A stretch of DNA of 62,942 nt, filler included, from Neoconidiobolus thromboides FSU 785 (GCA_025603075.1; 8 parts of 8 records of this genome joined end to end with filler, not necessarily neighbours in it); one strand, 5' to 3'; positions 39,821-53,606 are shown, counted from the whole stretch's first letter. Numbers and translations are program-made. Notes: generated by a model from the sequence alone, not told the origin.

Positions 39821-39915
39821 TACTTGATTTAAATTGGATACTGTATTATTGTTAAGACTTCAAGCTATTTATACTATTTTCAATTACTTTGACGGAATTT
39901 TATGGACAAATTTAT
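39821..39915 (+). repeat. Left arm of a perfect 95-bp inverted repeat (partner 41721-41815)
   Basis: Base-by-base reverse complement of 41721-41815; both arms run into gaps. Confidence 0.95.
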
Positions 39916-40664
39916 AGCTGATTTAGCACGGTCAATTTAAATCATTTTTCCAAATTTTCATAATTGTGAGAAATTAATAGAACTATTGTTTAAAACCATT
40001 AAACTATGATAATAACTTATTATCATATAATATATATTGATACTATTGTCTTAATGTTAACTATTATTAGTTTTATAATTATTATAGATTAAGCAAATAA
40101 TATTACATTTTACATTTTTAAATTCACAAGTCCTATTAAAGTCTAACTTGAAATTATCAATTATAACTATAGATTTACATATAGTTATTGAATTTTAAAT
40201 TTGGTTTATATGTAGTGAATAAAAAAGCTAAGGTATCATGATTGGCCAAATAATACTGAACATAAAACTAAAACAATTTGATTAGTTAAATAAAATTTAC
40301 AAATGTTGACTGCTAACCTTTATTAATTGGTTTGCTTTACTGCATAGAGCTATAGCAAAATCAATATAATTATTGCACGTTTTCTTATTTACAGAAAAGC
40401 TTGTGATTTAAAGGTGATTTTGTTTTATTTTTTAAGGAGAAATTCGGTATAAATTAGTTGAACTAGTTATTGATATCAAACTCAACATAATTTAAAAAAA
40501 AATTAAAATTGAAAAAACTATTTATATAATTATATTTCATTATCATTTATGGCTTTCTTTATAGTATTATACATTTGGTTAAGTATCCTTTATATAATTA
40601 AACTTCTTACTTAACCCATTATATAGTATTTTTAAATATTTTGTTTAATTGCCTTGGCATCATG

Positions 40665-41336
40665 TGGAGATGTTTTTCTGCTTTTAAGAACTTTACTAAC
40701 AAATTTTCCACTCAAATAGCACTAAAAGATGGAAAAAGTAATGAAGTTAAAAAAACACCCCCACGTATTAATCCAATGTATAGCTTTTAAATCCAGGAAG
40801 TGGAGAAGTATTTCACTACTAATTATAACACCTGATTTAATAGTCACCTCTGACTCTTCATTTACAGTGTTAATGTATTTAACATTATGATTAAGGGTTT
40901 AAATATAGAAGCTAAAATACTAACACATTACCTTTATCTTCAAGCTACTTATATTTCCCTCAATTTTTTCCATCTTTTATAATATAATATTGCGATAATT
41001 TAAAAATCACTCTATTATCAATTTTTTAGTTTTTATATTTGAACTAATTTTTAATTAATAAAGTATAAAAATGATCTAATATCAATAGTAGGAATTAGTG
41101 ATAGTATTGAAAAGCTCATTTAATGTATTTTATTTTTGATATGTTCGAATTATTTAAACTATGATATCGTTGATAATGATTTATAGACTGTTTAGTTGAA
41201 ACAAATCAAAATTTTAAAAATCTATAACTTTGAAAATTTACTATCAAAGAAAAAAGTTATCTTTTTTATCTTCTTTTAAGCACTATTTGAGTGTAAAGAT
41301 TGTTAGTAAAATTCTTAAACAAAAAAATACAGCCCC
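40665..41336. mobile_element. Two MITE A copies (~40665-40763; partial ~41268-41336)
   Basis: Family core and one or both termini. Confidence 0.75.
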
Positions 41337-41720
41337 ATATTTTAAATTTATGTTGACTTATGGATAAAATAACAAAAGTCATATCAAAATATGCATCAAT
41401 TTTTCCCGCTATTTAAACTAAATATTCCCAAAATAAACTTTAAATCCTTCAATTACATGCTGCTGGGTAAAGTTTAATAAAAGATAAAAAATACAATAAA
41501 TAAAAACATGGATAAATATCAAACAAAAGGATATACATGAATCCAATTAACGAAAAAAATAACACCTATTTACATTATTCATGTAGCCGATTTGCCGCTA
41601 CTGACAGGGTTGAATAAATAGGAACAGCATTATTGGATCATTCTTGTCATAGTTTATTCTTAGGAGTTATTTTAAAAGTTTAAGAACATACAAAAAGTTG
41701 GAAATTTAACAGAAGATAAC

Positions 41721-41815
41721 ATAAATTTGTCCATAAAATTCCGTCAAAGTAATTGAAAATAGTATAAATAGCTTGAAGTCTTAACAATAATACAGTATCC
41801 AATTTAAATCAAGTA
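41721..41815 (-). repeat. Right arm of the 95-bp inverted repeat
   Basis: See 39821-39915. Confidence 0.95.
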
Positions 41816-41915
41816 NNNNNNNNNNNNNNNNNNNNNNNNNNNNNNNNNNNNNNNNNNNNTTAATTAATTAANNNNNNNNNNNNNNNNNNNNNNNNNNNNN
41901 NNNNNNNNNNNNNNN

Positions 41916-41963
41916 CCCTATCCCTATCCCTATCCCTATCCCTATCCCTATCCCTATCCCTAA
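41916..41963 (-). repeat. Telomere-variant array (CCCTAT)7 CCCTAA, i.e. TTAGGG(ATAGGG)7+ on the minus strand, emerging from a gap
   Basis: Read directly from the sequence. Confidence 0.95.
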
Positions 41964-41967
41964 CTCT

Positions 41968-42429
41968 TGTAAAATATCGCTTTGTCAGTCCCATGGATAA
42001 TTATAGCATAATAGCCGCCTAAGCTGTTGTGTTCTTGAGTTCAGAGGAAACCAATCCCACGTTCAGTTTGATTTGCTATGAGAACTTCTAGCTCCATCCC
42101 AAGGAATGTTATTTTCTCATTTTGATATTTATACTTTTCAGAGTATAAAAGAGATTCTAGAACATAATAAATCGAGGCTTTTTAACTGAATTATTCCTTG
42201 ATATCTCGAACATTTAATAAACCCACTAAGCTTGCTTAATAATATTTTACGTGCATTTTACATTAGTATTATCTATTCTATTTGTCTTACATAGCCCGTA
42301 GCCTATTACGTACTATTCTTCATAATCTAAGTCTATCTTAGTCACATAAACTAAGATCTTTCGACTTATAGTGTAGTCAACTCACCAATAGCTGTTCTTG
42401 ACTCCAAACACTGAGTACCAGATTTCACA
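41968..42429 (-). mobile_element. Element B, full length (462 bp), reverse orientation
   Basis: Minus strand TGTGAAATCTGGTACTCAGTG...GCGATATTTTACA. Confidence 0.9.
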
Positions 42430-42899
42430 ATTGTTATCCAGTATCTGATATATTAAAAAAAAGCGATATAGCTCCAATTAAAGTTATAGAATCTATAGAA
42501 AATAGAAGAATTAAAATATCAATCCCAGCTTACCTTACAAAGATAACAAAGATAACAAAGGATTTAAAATTTTCGATATTTACTAAGTAGTTTGTTAAAT
42601 GATAGAAATAATTATTAAATGTTAAGATTACTTAAGTTATTAATAGCTAAGTTAATAAATAGTCAAAGAACAATTATAATAATGTATAAAAACTATTATT
42701 ATATTACTTGTACTATATATGGATGGTTAACTATAGTTTTGGGGCTAACCATTCCTTCCCATGTAGCTATTTATTAACTTAGAAGATATATTAATAATGT
42801 AATTATAACATTAAAATAGTTTGTTTGATAATAAATCTGGAATGTTGGTTATAAAGTGGTCAATAATAAACATTTCTTAATAAAGTTTTATAAGAATAT

Positions 42900-43388
42900 G
42901 GGGATGTATTTTTATGTTTAAGAATTTTACTCAAATTTTCCGCTTAAATAGCGCTAAAAAAATGGATAAAATAATGAAGTCAAAAAAAACACCCCCATAT
43001 GTATTTAAGATCCAGTAGAAATTCAGCTAACTTATAGTATAAACTATAATAGAATGATTTAGAACTGTGTCCAAGTACTTTTATTTTAATAAAAGATTTG
43101 ATTATAAATTTTAAGCGAAGTTTTTAAAATACAGATTTTTTTTAAAATTGACTAAAATAACAAAATTAATTCAACAACCCCAAATTTTGTATCATTCAAA
43201 TTAACATAAAAGTTAATTTTTAATATTAACTAATTTTTATAAATATATTGATTCTATACCCTTTTTGCAAATAAATTTAATAATTTAAAATATATGGGGA
43301 TATATTTTTATGTTTAAGAGTCTTAGTGGTAATTTTTCTGTTTAAATGGTGCTTAAAAGATAGAAAAATGATGAAGCCAAAAAAACAT
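42900..43388. mobile_element. Two MITE A copies (42900-42996; ~43296-43388)
   Basis: First copy flanked by ATAT on both sides; second lacks a clean right end. Confidence 0.8.
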
Positions 43389-43433
43389 TAATTTAGCTCT
43401 AGCTAACTAAATTTACTAACATTTTTTATTTAC

Positions 43434-43492
43434 TGTGAAATATCGCTTTGTCAGTCCCATGGTTAATTATTTTGATTTGTTATGAGAATTTC
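43434..43492 (-). mobile_element. Element B 3' end with an internal deletion, cut by gap
   Basis: TGTGAAATATCGCTTTGTCAGTCCCATGGTTAATTA joined to TTTGATTTGTTATGAGAATTTC. Confidence 0.8.
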
Positions 43493-43611
43493 NNNNNNNN
43501 NNNNNNNNNNNNNNNNNNNNNNNNNNNNNNNNNNNNTTAATTAATTAANNNNNNNNNNNNNNNNNNNNNNNNNNNNNNNNNNNNNNNNNNNNATTAGGGA
43601 AATAAACTTAC

Positions 43612-44168
43612 CGGCACATATGATGATAACTCAATTTTCCCGCATAAGGAACTTGTTGTTTTTCCTGTTCTTTTAAACTTTTTAAGACTGCTGATTCATT
43701 TAGAAATCTTGGTATTTCCCAGTGTTCTTTTGGGATTAAACCAAACTCAACTTTAGCTTTTGTTTGTGCTTTCAAATAAGTTTTAACTTCCTCAGTAAAA
43801 GGTACTTCATTTAAAAACACATAAGGGTAATTAAAATTCTTATTAAATCGATCTTCTAATTGTTGCATTGTTTTTCGAAAGTCTTGAACATCACTGTTTC
43901 TCATTAAGACTACAAAACAACCATTGGCTTGTTCAGAGGTTGTAACGTTGAGCTTATTGTCTTTAGATTGGGATCCTAATAGGCTACCTGGATTTAATAA
44001 GTTATTAGAAATTTTTAATCCAGCTTCATTTAGACCTTGAATCTTTAATTGAGATAACTTAATTTGATCAAAGTCTAAATCATAAACATTATTCATATAA
44101 GAATAAAAAGCTAAACACAACAGTGTAAAACCCAGTAAAAAAAGACATTTTGTACTAAAACGAGGCAT
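43612..44168 (-). CDS. GT15 (KRE2/KTR) alpha-1,2-mannosyltransferase, exon 1 (rest in gap), paralog 1
   Basis: Type II TM anchor, stem, then ANGCFVVLMRNSDV...LEDRFNKNFNYPYVFLNEVPFTEE...FGLIPKEHW...SYHHMCR; GTAAGT donor. Confidence 0.92.
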
Positions 44169-46110
44169 GGAACAAAATCTAAAGTTAAATAAAAAAAGTT
44201 AAATTGTTTTATTATAGAACTAAGGTATTTATACTCATTGATTATTACCCTTTTTTAATTAGTTAAATATTTTATAAAACGATTAATTTTTTGAATTTTT
44301 AGTAAATTGTGTTTATCTAACTTAGGATCTTCTTGACAACCTATACTATGATATTTAAAGAGAAAGTTAATAATTTTTCTAAGAAATGCCACAACTGAGA
44401 TATTTTGAATAAAATTAAACTTATAATAAATAAAAAATCTATATATGTTTTAGAAAAATATACATTAAATAGACACATTATGTTTCATAGTTTTTTAAAA
44501 TGCTAGGAAATGTTAACTTATTTAAGAACCCAGCTATTATTTTTTAAATTTATACTATTTCAAATTTGAAGTGTTGGCCTTTTGCTCTATTATTTTGATC
44601 ACTTTTTAAGTCAATTTTAAAGCCAACCATAAATTTAAACTTTGTTGAAAAAACAAACTAAAAATGAATTAGCTAAGCTTTAGTCTAAAAATGTGCAAAA
44701 AATTGAAGTGCCATATATCCACAGATCATTATCTTTTCATTTATATAACCAGGTGTGAGCTTTGGCCCATGTATTACAAAATATTAATCAAAAAAGCCAA
44801 CTTTAATGATTTTATCTGATCTCAGAGCAGGTTGCAGTTAGATGTCACTCATTGTTTTTAATTTGCAAATGGCTTTTTTTAATATGCAATTCAATGATGA
44901 AAATTACTTGATTTTATGGTAAAAAAAACAGTTCCAAATTAGAAATAATGGATGATATTTAACTACAACCTCCTCTATTAGTCAAACTAAAATTGAGCCT
45001 ATTATCATCATAGTCTAAAAAAATCAACTTAGTTTTTTTGATTGGAATATTTACCTTAATGAGAGTTACAATCCGTAAGATATGGCACTCTAAAAAAAAG
45101 CTTGTAAATAATCTAGTCATTGTATCTATTTTTAACTAATAAAGCTATTGATTGTAGTAGTAAGATTTCTTTACCACAAAACAAGTGTTTTTACTGTAGT
45201 AATTCACTACTGCCACCACCTGAATCTTATCTTAAAATGAAGATGTTTTTAAAACAAGTTAATTAACTAATATTCGAAATAAAAGTGATTTTTATTAAAA
45301 AAATCATGATAAAGCTCCAATATTTAGTTAATAAAAAGTCACTTTTATTTTGAATAGGTATCTTCTTTCTCAATGGACCAATTCTTTCGCAAACTTGGGA
45401 AGCATAAATTGGTCAACGAAATTGCAAAAATTTCTTGCTATTTTTGCAGCCTGTTTTCGACCAGCAATTATGAAAAGACCTTGAACTGGATTTAGAGGTT
45501 AACTCTTCTTAACTGAAATTTATAACGAAGTATCATTGATAAGATTGTAAATAATTAATAGAGTACAAAATTCAACTTCTACTAAATTGTTAGCTTGTTT
45601 ATTTTTATCTTTAATTACTTAAAAATTGATAGTGGTAGATTTTTGTTCATAAAAATCTATTTTTTGATAGACATAAACTTGTTTATGCTCATTATGGTTC
45701 TGTAAAAAAATTAACTTTGTTCCAAATTGTTTTGAATTGGTAAAAAAAATTATTTTTATTTATTAAGTAGAAAATAATGAATTACCTATTGTATAAATAA
45801 AATGCTGTGTTTTATCCAGAGAGTCAGTACTAACCCTTGATTAAATCATAATAAAATACAACTATTAATTTTATGAAAATAACATCATCTATGAAAACAA
45901 GTAAATGAATAAGATCCGATTGGAAATTGAAGGGAAAATAGGATGAATTTGATTTAATTGGCTAAAAATCCGTTCTAAAAAAAATCATTATTTTTGTATA
46001 AAATTCTAAGCACACCAAATTCAAGAACCAGGTGGGTAAAAAAAATGAAAGAATTTTTCTAATTTATATTATCAATTCACCCTTCGTTTTTTTTTCTTTC
46101 GATTATTTAA

Positions 46111-47765
46111 ATGTGTAACTATTACGCTTCCAAATGGAAGCGCGAACATATAGTTGATCATAATTTTGATTATGTAAATATTGACGAATTTCGGGATGGC
46201 CACTGGTTCACCATGTTTTTATATTGTTTTAAAGTCTTTTTAATTATAAAATCAGTAATCATTTACGCCGCTGATGTGTTTACCCTCCTTGTTCTTCTTG
46301 ATGTAGTGAAATCAGCGTTTGGATTTTTATCCTCAAATAATTATTTTAAATATGTGTTTTTAGCATCGATTATTTGTTCATTTTTATTATTACTTTGGGA
46401 TATTAGAAAAGCTTATAGGATAATGAAAAGTAGAGATATTGCTTTTGCCTTTACGGATATTATTAGTTATAATTTATATATTTTAAAGAGTTATTCTTAT
46501 TTTTGTATCTTTCATCGTATTGAAAATTTGAAAAATTCAAGGGATATTATCACTTTCTTTGTATTTTTTAGATTGAAGAGTGAGTGATTATTATGAAGTT
46601 TATTATTAATGAATTTTGATTTTTAATTTATAGGATGGAAACGAATTTTATTAGCAGAAGCACCAAGACAAATTATTAATGGTTATACCTTATTTGATAA
46701 ATTTGTTAAAACCAGCCCAAGCTGGAAGTTCGATACTTCTGCCTTCCCTGTTATTATAACACAACAAATATCGATTACACTTATTGCAGTTTCTTTTTTT
46801 CTATTTGTCATATCAGCCTTATCCGTTATATTTGCATTAATTATTTATATACCACTGGTTTGTCAAATTCAAGGTAACTTAAAAGAATATGTCTGCCACA
46901 AAATTGATAAAAGGTAATCAAAATAAAATAAATCATATAATAAGTTTATTAATTAAATTTGAATTGTTATAGGGTTGGTAAAATGGTAACTACTAAATCA
47001 AAAAGAAGAGCTTTGGAAAATCAACGAAAGCAAGCAGTTGCAGCAAAAATACATCAAAGAAACCCAAGTGCTAATAATAACTTATTAAAACCCACTTTAC
47101 CCAATGTAGTAATTGAAGAAGAGGAATATGAATTTGAATTTGATGGAAAGGGTTCCATATCAAGTAAAAATCATTCCATTGAAACTGAATCTCGATATCA
47201 ATCCCATCGATCTAATAGAGCGAATAATACTTATAATAGGAAAGTATTGAATACAAACAGCTATGATGATCCGAATTCATTAAAACCTCCTATAAATATT
47301 TCCCAGGGTTCTTTAGGTCATAAATCAGGTCATGAATTTCGTCAATATCAAAGAGAATCGGGAGAATTAAGAGGGGATTCTAATTCAACTATAAGTGAAC
47401 ACAGCAATAGTAAATCAAGTACCGCTTATTATTATGATGGTCGAAAATCACCTAGTAGTTCACAAATCATTGGAAAAAATGAACGATATAATGAAAGTAA
47501 TATGAATTATAATTATGTGGAATATGAGATGAGTAGTTCAACTCATAGAAATCCAGTATCCAGAGGTACTAGTCCAAACCCTAGTGAACAATATTCTTTT
47601 ACAAATATGAATTCCAATCACCGTACCCCTTCACCTGGATTTAATTCCAATTATTCCAATTCTTCAAGGAGACCACTTTCACCTGGGTTTAAAATAAGTA
47701 ATGGGGATCCACCCAGGTTAAAGGTACCCTTTAAATCTTCTATGAAACCGCCTACTCATTTTTAG
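46111..47765 (+). CDS. Kch1/Kch2-like potassium transporter with long Ser/Asn-rich tail; exons ~46111-46578, 46634-46912, 46973-47765
   Basis: KWKREHIVDHNFDYVNIDEF, SYSYFCIF, FFRLK-GWKRILLAEAPRQIING, NLKEYVCHKIDKR, matching my recollection of the fungal KCH family. Confidence 0.75.
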
Positions 47766-47845
47766 TTCATTTCTTATTTATGAGATTTTCATTTTTTATT
47801 TTACTAACTCAAAATAATTTATGTTGACATAAATTAACAAGATAT

Positions 47846-47944
47846 GGGGATGTATTTTTTCGTTTAAGAATTCTGCTAACAATCTCTCCGCTTAAATAGC
47901 GTTTAAAAGATGAAAAAAGCAATGAAGTCAAAAAAAACATCTCC
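47846..47944. mobile_element. MITE family A copy
   Basis: ATAT-GGGGATGTATTTT...AAAACATCTCC-ATAT. Confidence 0.9.
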
Positions 47945-48993
47945 ATATAATATCAAAGTCTTATCAAAGATTATTAATATTAATATTATTATAATTAATA
48001 AATTTTTTTCCATTTAAAATTAAGCAGTGAAATCTCTATGTTAATTGATCATATAACTAAAAATAAGGATAGTATAAAATCAACATTAAAATTATTTAAT
48101 AAAATATTAATTATTGATTTTTATTATATAATTATTGGAATAAAACCTATTCATCTAAGAATAAATCATTTACACTTGCATTAATTTAAAGTTTGATTCA
48201 ATTTTTTGTCTAATTTAGATTTTTAGCAAAAATTGCAATTAAGCAAAGGTACTATGAAATTAATTGTTTTTTTGCTTAATTTTAAAATTAACCCCATATA
48301 AGAATATTTTTTAACTATTATTTAACCTTTTAAAAATTTGTTACATGGAAAATGGACAGAAAACGAAATAAAGATTTCATTCTTAATTTTAACAAGTTTT
48401 TAACTTACTCATAAAAATGTTAAATTTTTATTATTACACTTTAATTCAATACTTTAAATTAGACTAAATTGTCTGCTAACATGTCAATATTGATAATTAA
48501 TATTGAATATTTGAAGCTTCAATAAAAACGAGGATTAAGATAAATAAGATAAAAGGTTATATGGTATAAAATAACTCTAAATAGATAGTTTAATTAATTT
48601 TAAATCTAGCAATCAATACTATCTTTTTTATTAACTTTTTAAAATTAAAATTTCAAAAATTAATCATTTGGACTTATAAATGGAACTATATATTCATATT
48701 CATGTTAATAGAATATAAAAATAGAAATAATAGGAATAGGTAAAAGTGAAATTAAATATAAAAAATATATCTAACTTGAAGTGTAATTATTAGAAACTAC
48801 GACAATATTAGTTATAACTACCTTTATTGTATATTCTATTTGGAAATATTCATGTGTTTTGTCCAATTTTAAGAATTTAATTACTAGAAGTGATAATAAA
48901 CATAAATAATGATATGGCTCCTAGATATCAACTGAATGGAATTTTAAATAATAAAAAAGAGTGTAATAATCTAGTAGCTTTAAATAATACATT

Positions 48994-49215
48994 TGGGGAT
49001 GTTTTTTTGACTTCACTTTGTCCATCTTGTAAACACTCTTTGAGTGAAAAAATTGGTAGTAAAATAAAATTCTTAAACAAAGTACATCTCCATTTCTTAG
49101 ATAATAATTACCTTATATGGGGATGTTTTTTTAGTTTCATTACTTTTCCATTTTTTAAGCACTATTTGAGTAGAAAAATTATTAGTAAAATCCTTAAGCA
49201 AAAAAATACATCCCC
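48994..49215. mobile_element. Two tandem MITE A copies (~48994-49090, 49119-49215)
   Basis: Family core; second copy has ATAT on both sides. Confidence 0.85.
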
Positions 49216-50237
49216 ATATTGTACAGTATTCAAATAAGATTAAATCAGATATCATTTGCATTAAAAATAGTCATTTTCAAAGGAATAATAATTTAAGTAT
49301 AAGAAATAATAACTAATTAGATATTGATAATAATCCTACTCTATCAAATGAAACAAGTGAAACTAATAATTTAATAGCTTTATCAATTCAATTTCAATCT
49401 CAATCTAATAATGAATATAGTTATAAAATTAAAATAGGCAGTGATGATTTTTATTTTATTTTATTTTATTTTACTTCAACAAAGCTTATTTATTTCAAAA
49501 CAATAATACAAATATAAATTAGTGTTATTTTTATTATGAGCTTGAAGTTATTGATGTTAATTTCAATTTTCAGTTATTTGCTGGGTATATTGAGAAATGT
49601 AAACTTACTATTAATATTAACAGTAAGTTTATTTCCATCTTTTTTATATAAATATGCAATTAATATTTAGTTTTATCCTATAACTCTGTATATCTTCTTA
49701 AGTAACAATCTACCAAGTATAAGTATTGTTATCATTTCTCACTCTTTATGGTTTTCATTTCATTTAAAATAGAATGATATTGTAGGTTGTTTTTATGATA
49801 ATTTAAATTAACAAAATTTGTTTACTTAATGGTAATGAATTAGTTTTCCTTTTCCTCTTCATTCAAGTAATTTTTTAATTATTATTTATTCTATTGACGA
49901 TACCTTATTTAAAGCTAGTTTTGGTACTCATCTTTTTTTATACTGTAAAATAAATTAATTTTATACTTAAATAAAGGGTTGAGTTAAATATATAGTTTAA
50001 TAAATTAAATATTCTTTTTTTAAAATTAATAAGTTACTAATGAAAAGGAATAAAACATTAACTAATTGTATTAAAATATTTCTAAAAAACGTTAATTAGG
50101 CTAGTATATTTAAAAATTATTTATATTATAAATATCATTCAAATAAACTCAAGTTATTAATTATAAATTAATTAATTTTTCTAACCAATATTAATAATCT
50201 ATATCAAAAAATAAAAAGTTAAAATCAAACATCTAGT

Positions 50238-51720
50238 TTAAGCCCATTCCATTTTAACCATAACTGGTATATGATCCGAAGGATAAATTTCATTTGGTAA
50301 TCCAACACCAAAGGTTTCCGGTTCTGGTAACTTTAATAAATGAATAACTGTCAACTCGTCCTTACATTCATATTCATTGTCTTTAACTAAAAATATGTAA
50401 TCTAGAGTTGATTTAAACTCTTCTGTTATATTAGTAAACATTGGCTCATTAATTTCATGACCCCAAATTAACGATTTATATGAATTATCATATATTGAAT
50501 AATCTTTGTAACAACTTATTAATTTTGGTCCTTTTATAATTAAATTATATAATTCTTCAGGTTCCATTATTAATTCAGAATTATTTAATCGCCAGCGTAA
50601 TTCATCTATTGATCGTTTATACTCTATCAATATTTTAGTGGTAACTTTTATTTCTTTTTCAATATTAATTAAAGAATCTTTTTCTGCATTTTCTAATTGA
50701 TTTTCAATATTTGTTAAATAAAGTTGTTTTTCTTTATAACTAATTTCTAATGTATTCAACTCTATGAATATAGTATTAATTATAAACATATCTTTCCATT
50801 TAACTTAATTTACCTATTTCAGTGTCCTTAAAAGATAAATTTAGTTCATTAATCATTCGATCATAAACAATTTGATCAAAAGGTAAATGATGTGTTATAC
50901 TTTTATAAACAATTTTATACGGTTGAGAATTAAAATCTATTTAAATGTTAAAACTTCAACTCTAAAATAATGAATAATAAACAATTTGAAATTACCTCCA
51001 CACATAATTTGCTGATATTGAAATTCTTTATTAAATTTCTTTAACTCCGAAATAGCAATATAGCATTGTCGCATTCTTTCATAATCAAAATTAGGTCGCC
51101 AAAATAAATGAAAATTTGAAATAGTGAGACCTTTCCCAGATTGGTCTTTTAATACTAAAAACTGTGCAATATTACCAGTTTTCATAGTTGGTGGTAATAG
51201 TTCAGTAGAAGTTTCATCTAATTCAATACTTTTTTCAGCTATTTTACTAAATCTGAACATTAGAATTAACTACAACTCTTCTATTTGACATTAATAATTA
51301 AAAGCTTACTTTTCTTTTTTAAAAGCAATGACACAACCATGTGATTTATCTTTATTTTTATAAAAATAATATGAATACCCTAACATATCTAATTTTCCAC
51401 TATAAAATTCTTCAAATTGATCACATTCTTGTAAACATGCAATATCTGGGTTAAGTTCTTCAATTTGTTTGATTATTTTGATACTTCGTGATTTCCATTT
51501 CAACACCATTTTTCCACAATACGGGAATAACTCTCGGGAAACTAAAGCTTGGGCTAGAACCTAGAAATTGGCTTTAAACCTATTGTATGAAATCTCAATA
51601 GTTACTTACATTATAGCTCATAATTGTAAACCCATTATTATCTTGAGAACAAACTAATTCATTGTGTTTTAACTTTATGAATTTATGCATAGTTGATAAC
51701 GATTGCAAACTTTCTACCAT
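50238..51720 (-). CDS. CCR4-family EEP nuclease, Ngl2/Angel-like, multi-exon
   Basis: IMSYN|VLAQALV, DIACLQECD, HGCVIAF, NFHLFWRP, IMCGD, TLDYIF, PSDHIPV: the complete EEP catalytic motif set. Confidence 0.88.
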
Positions 51721-52137
51721 CTTTTTGAAATAGTTTTTAAATAAATTAAAAAGCATAAAACTTTATTAATTAATTTTTATTTTGAAATTAGTCAATATTG
51801 ATCTTTTTATATTCTAGAATTTGGTTGTTTATTGGCTGCGTAAATGAACTAATTGAACAAGACTGTGCATCGAAAATGTTACTTAAAGGACTGCGAAGGT
51901 TAAAAGGTAACAAAGATAGTTATTGAGTTGATAGCTTTACTTTCTAAAAGAATTGTCTTTGATTATTGAACGAAGTTATTAAAGTTCTGATTATTGAGAT
52001 TCTATACATTCTATTTGTATTTTTGAGTATTAAAAACTAAAATTTCAAACAATTATTTGAATTTGAAAAATTAATAGACAAAGTTAAATTTAAATTAACT
52101 TAAATTAAAAGAGTGGTGAAATAGAAATAAATATATG

Positions 52138-52234
52138 AGAATGTATTTTTATGTTTAAGAATTTTGGTGATAGTTTTCCACTCAGATAATGTTTAGAAGA
52201 TGGAAAAAGTAATGAAACCAAAAGAAACATCCCT
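52138..52234. mobile_element. MITE family A copy, diverged
   Basis: GAGAATGTATTTTT...GAAACATCCC with family core. Confidence 0.75.
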
Positions 52235-52853
52235 GCATCTTTTTTAATATTCAACGTATCATTCTCCATTGATACTTATAATAACTAACCTATTTATTAT
52301 TCATTCTACTTTCATATCATTGAGCCTCATATAAAAATCCTAATTTATAAGTTAAACAGAGTTTTTAAAGAAATTTCAATTTAATTATACAGCTTGAATC
52401 CCCACTTTGATAACAAACAATTGATTATTATTGTATTAATCGGTTTTAGTTATGAATTGGCCTTTAAAAAGAACACTTCAACTTTCGTACAACTAGCAAA
52501 TTCCTACTAATTCTCAAAGTAAGGAAATAAGTCCACAATATTAAATAATTAATTATATCACATCCAATATAACTAAATATCATCCACTCAATAAATAAAT
52601 AAAAAATCACATTTATTGACTAATAAAAAGAAATTGTATATCCCTTGGCATAAATGTATTTACCTTGAATTTACGATCTAAAAATAGCGAAACAAGGCTG
52701 CTTAAATAAAAGTCCATTAATTTCGATGATTACTTAATTAATTTCAAAACAATCAATTTCTATAAAATCACAAATTGATAACTATAAATACCTTAGATAT
52801 TATTATAGCGTCTGGATATTTTTTTATTAAACTTTAAATTTAACTCTTTTCAC

Positions 52854-53410
52854 ATGCTTCGTTTCAATACCAATTATATAATATTATTAGGGTTGATATT
52901 ATGTTGTTTAGCCATATATTCTTTTATAAATAATGTATATGATTTAGATTTTGATCAAAGTCAAATAGTTAAATTAACAAATCAAGATAATCCAGAAATT
53001 CGGCTTCAATTCGGCTCAGAAAAATCACTATCATCACAACCGAAAGGGATAGTATCCAACATAATGTCAACTAAGGTAACTCCAGAGAAAGCCAATGCAT
53101 GTTTTGTAGTCTTAATGAGAAACAGTGATGTTCAAGACTTTCGAAAAACAATGCAACAATTAGAAGATCGATTTAATAAGAATTTTAATTACCCTTATGT
53201 GTTTTTAAATGAAGTACCTTTTACTGAGGAAGTTAAAACTTATTTGAAAGCACAAACAAAAGCTAAAGTTGAGTTTGGTTTAATCCCAAAAGAACACTGG
53301 GAAATACCAAGATTTCTAAATGAATCAACGGTATTGGAGGCAATAAAAGAGCAAAAAGAAAAAGATCAAGTACCTTATGGAGGGAAACTCTCTTACCATC
53401 ATATGTGTCG
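52854..53410 (+). CDS. GT15 (KRE2/KTR) alpha-1,2-mannosyltransferase, exon 1 (rest in gap), paralog 2
   Basis: Same motifs, same 557-nt exon length and same intron position as 43612-44168. Confidence 0.92.
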
Positions 53411-53546
53411 GTAAGTTTTAATTAAGAATTAATATCTATAATCTTANNNNNNNNNNNNNNNNNNNNNNNNNNNNNNNNNNNNNNNNNNNNTTAATTAATT
53501 AANNNNNNNNNNNNNNNNNNNNNNNNNNNNNNNNNNNNNNNNNNNN

Positions 53547-53606
53547 AAATGGGGTATTAATGGAGATTGTGATTGGGGTAGCTGTTGCTGTGGTGCCGAT
53601 TGTTAA
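53547..53606 (+). CDS. 10-Cys secreted peptide, copy 1 (3' end only, after gap)
   Basis: KWGINGDCDWGSCCCGADC* identical in DNA to 57009-57068, but with its own 3' flank. Confidence 0.85.
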   Translation, partial: KWGINGDCDWGSCCCGADC

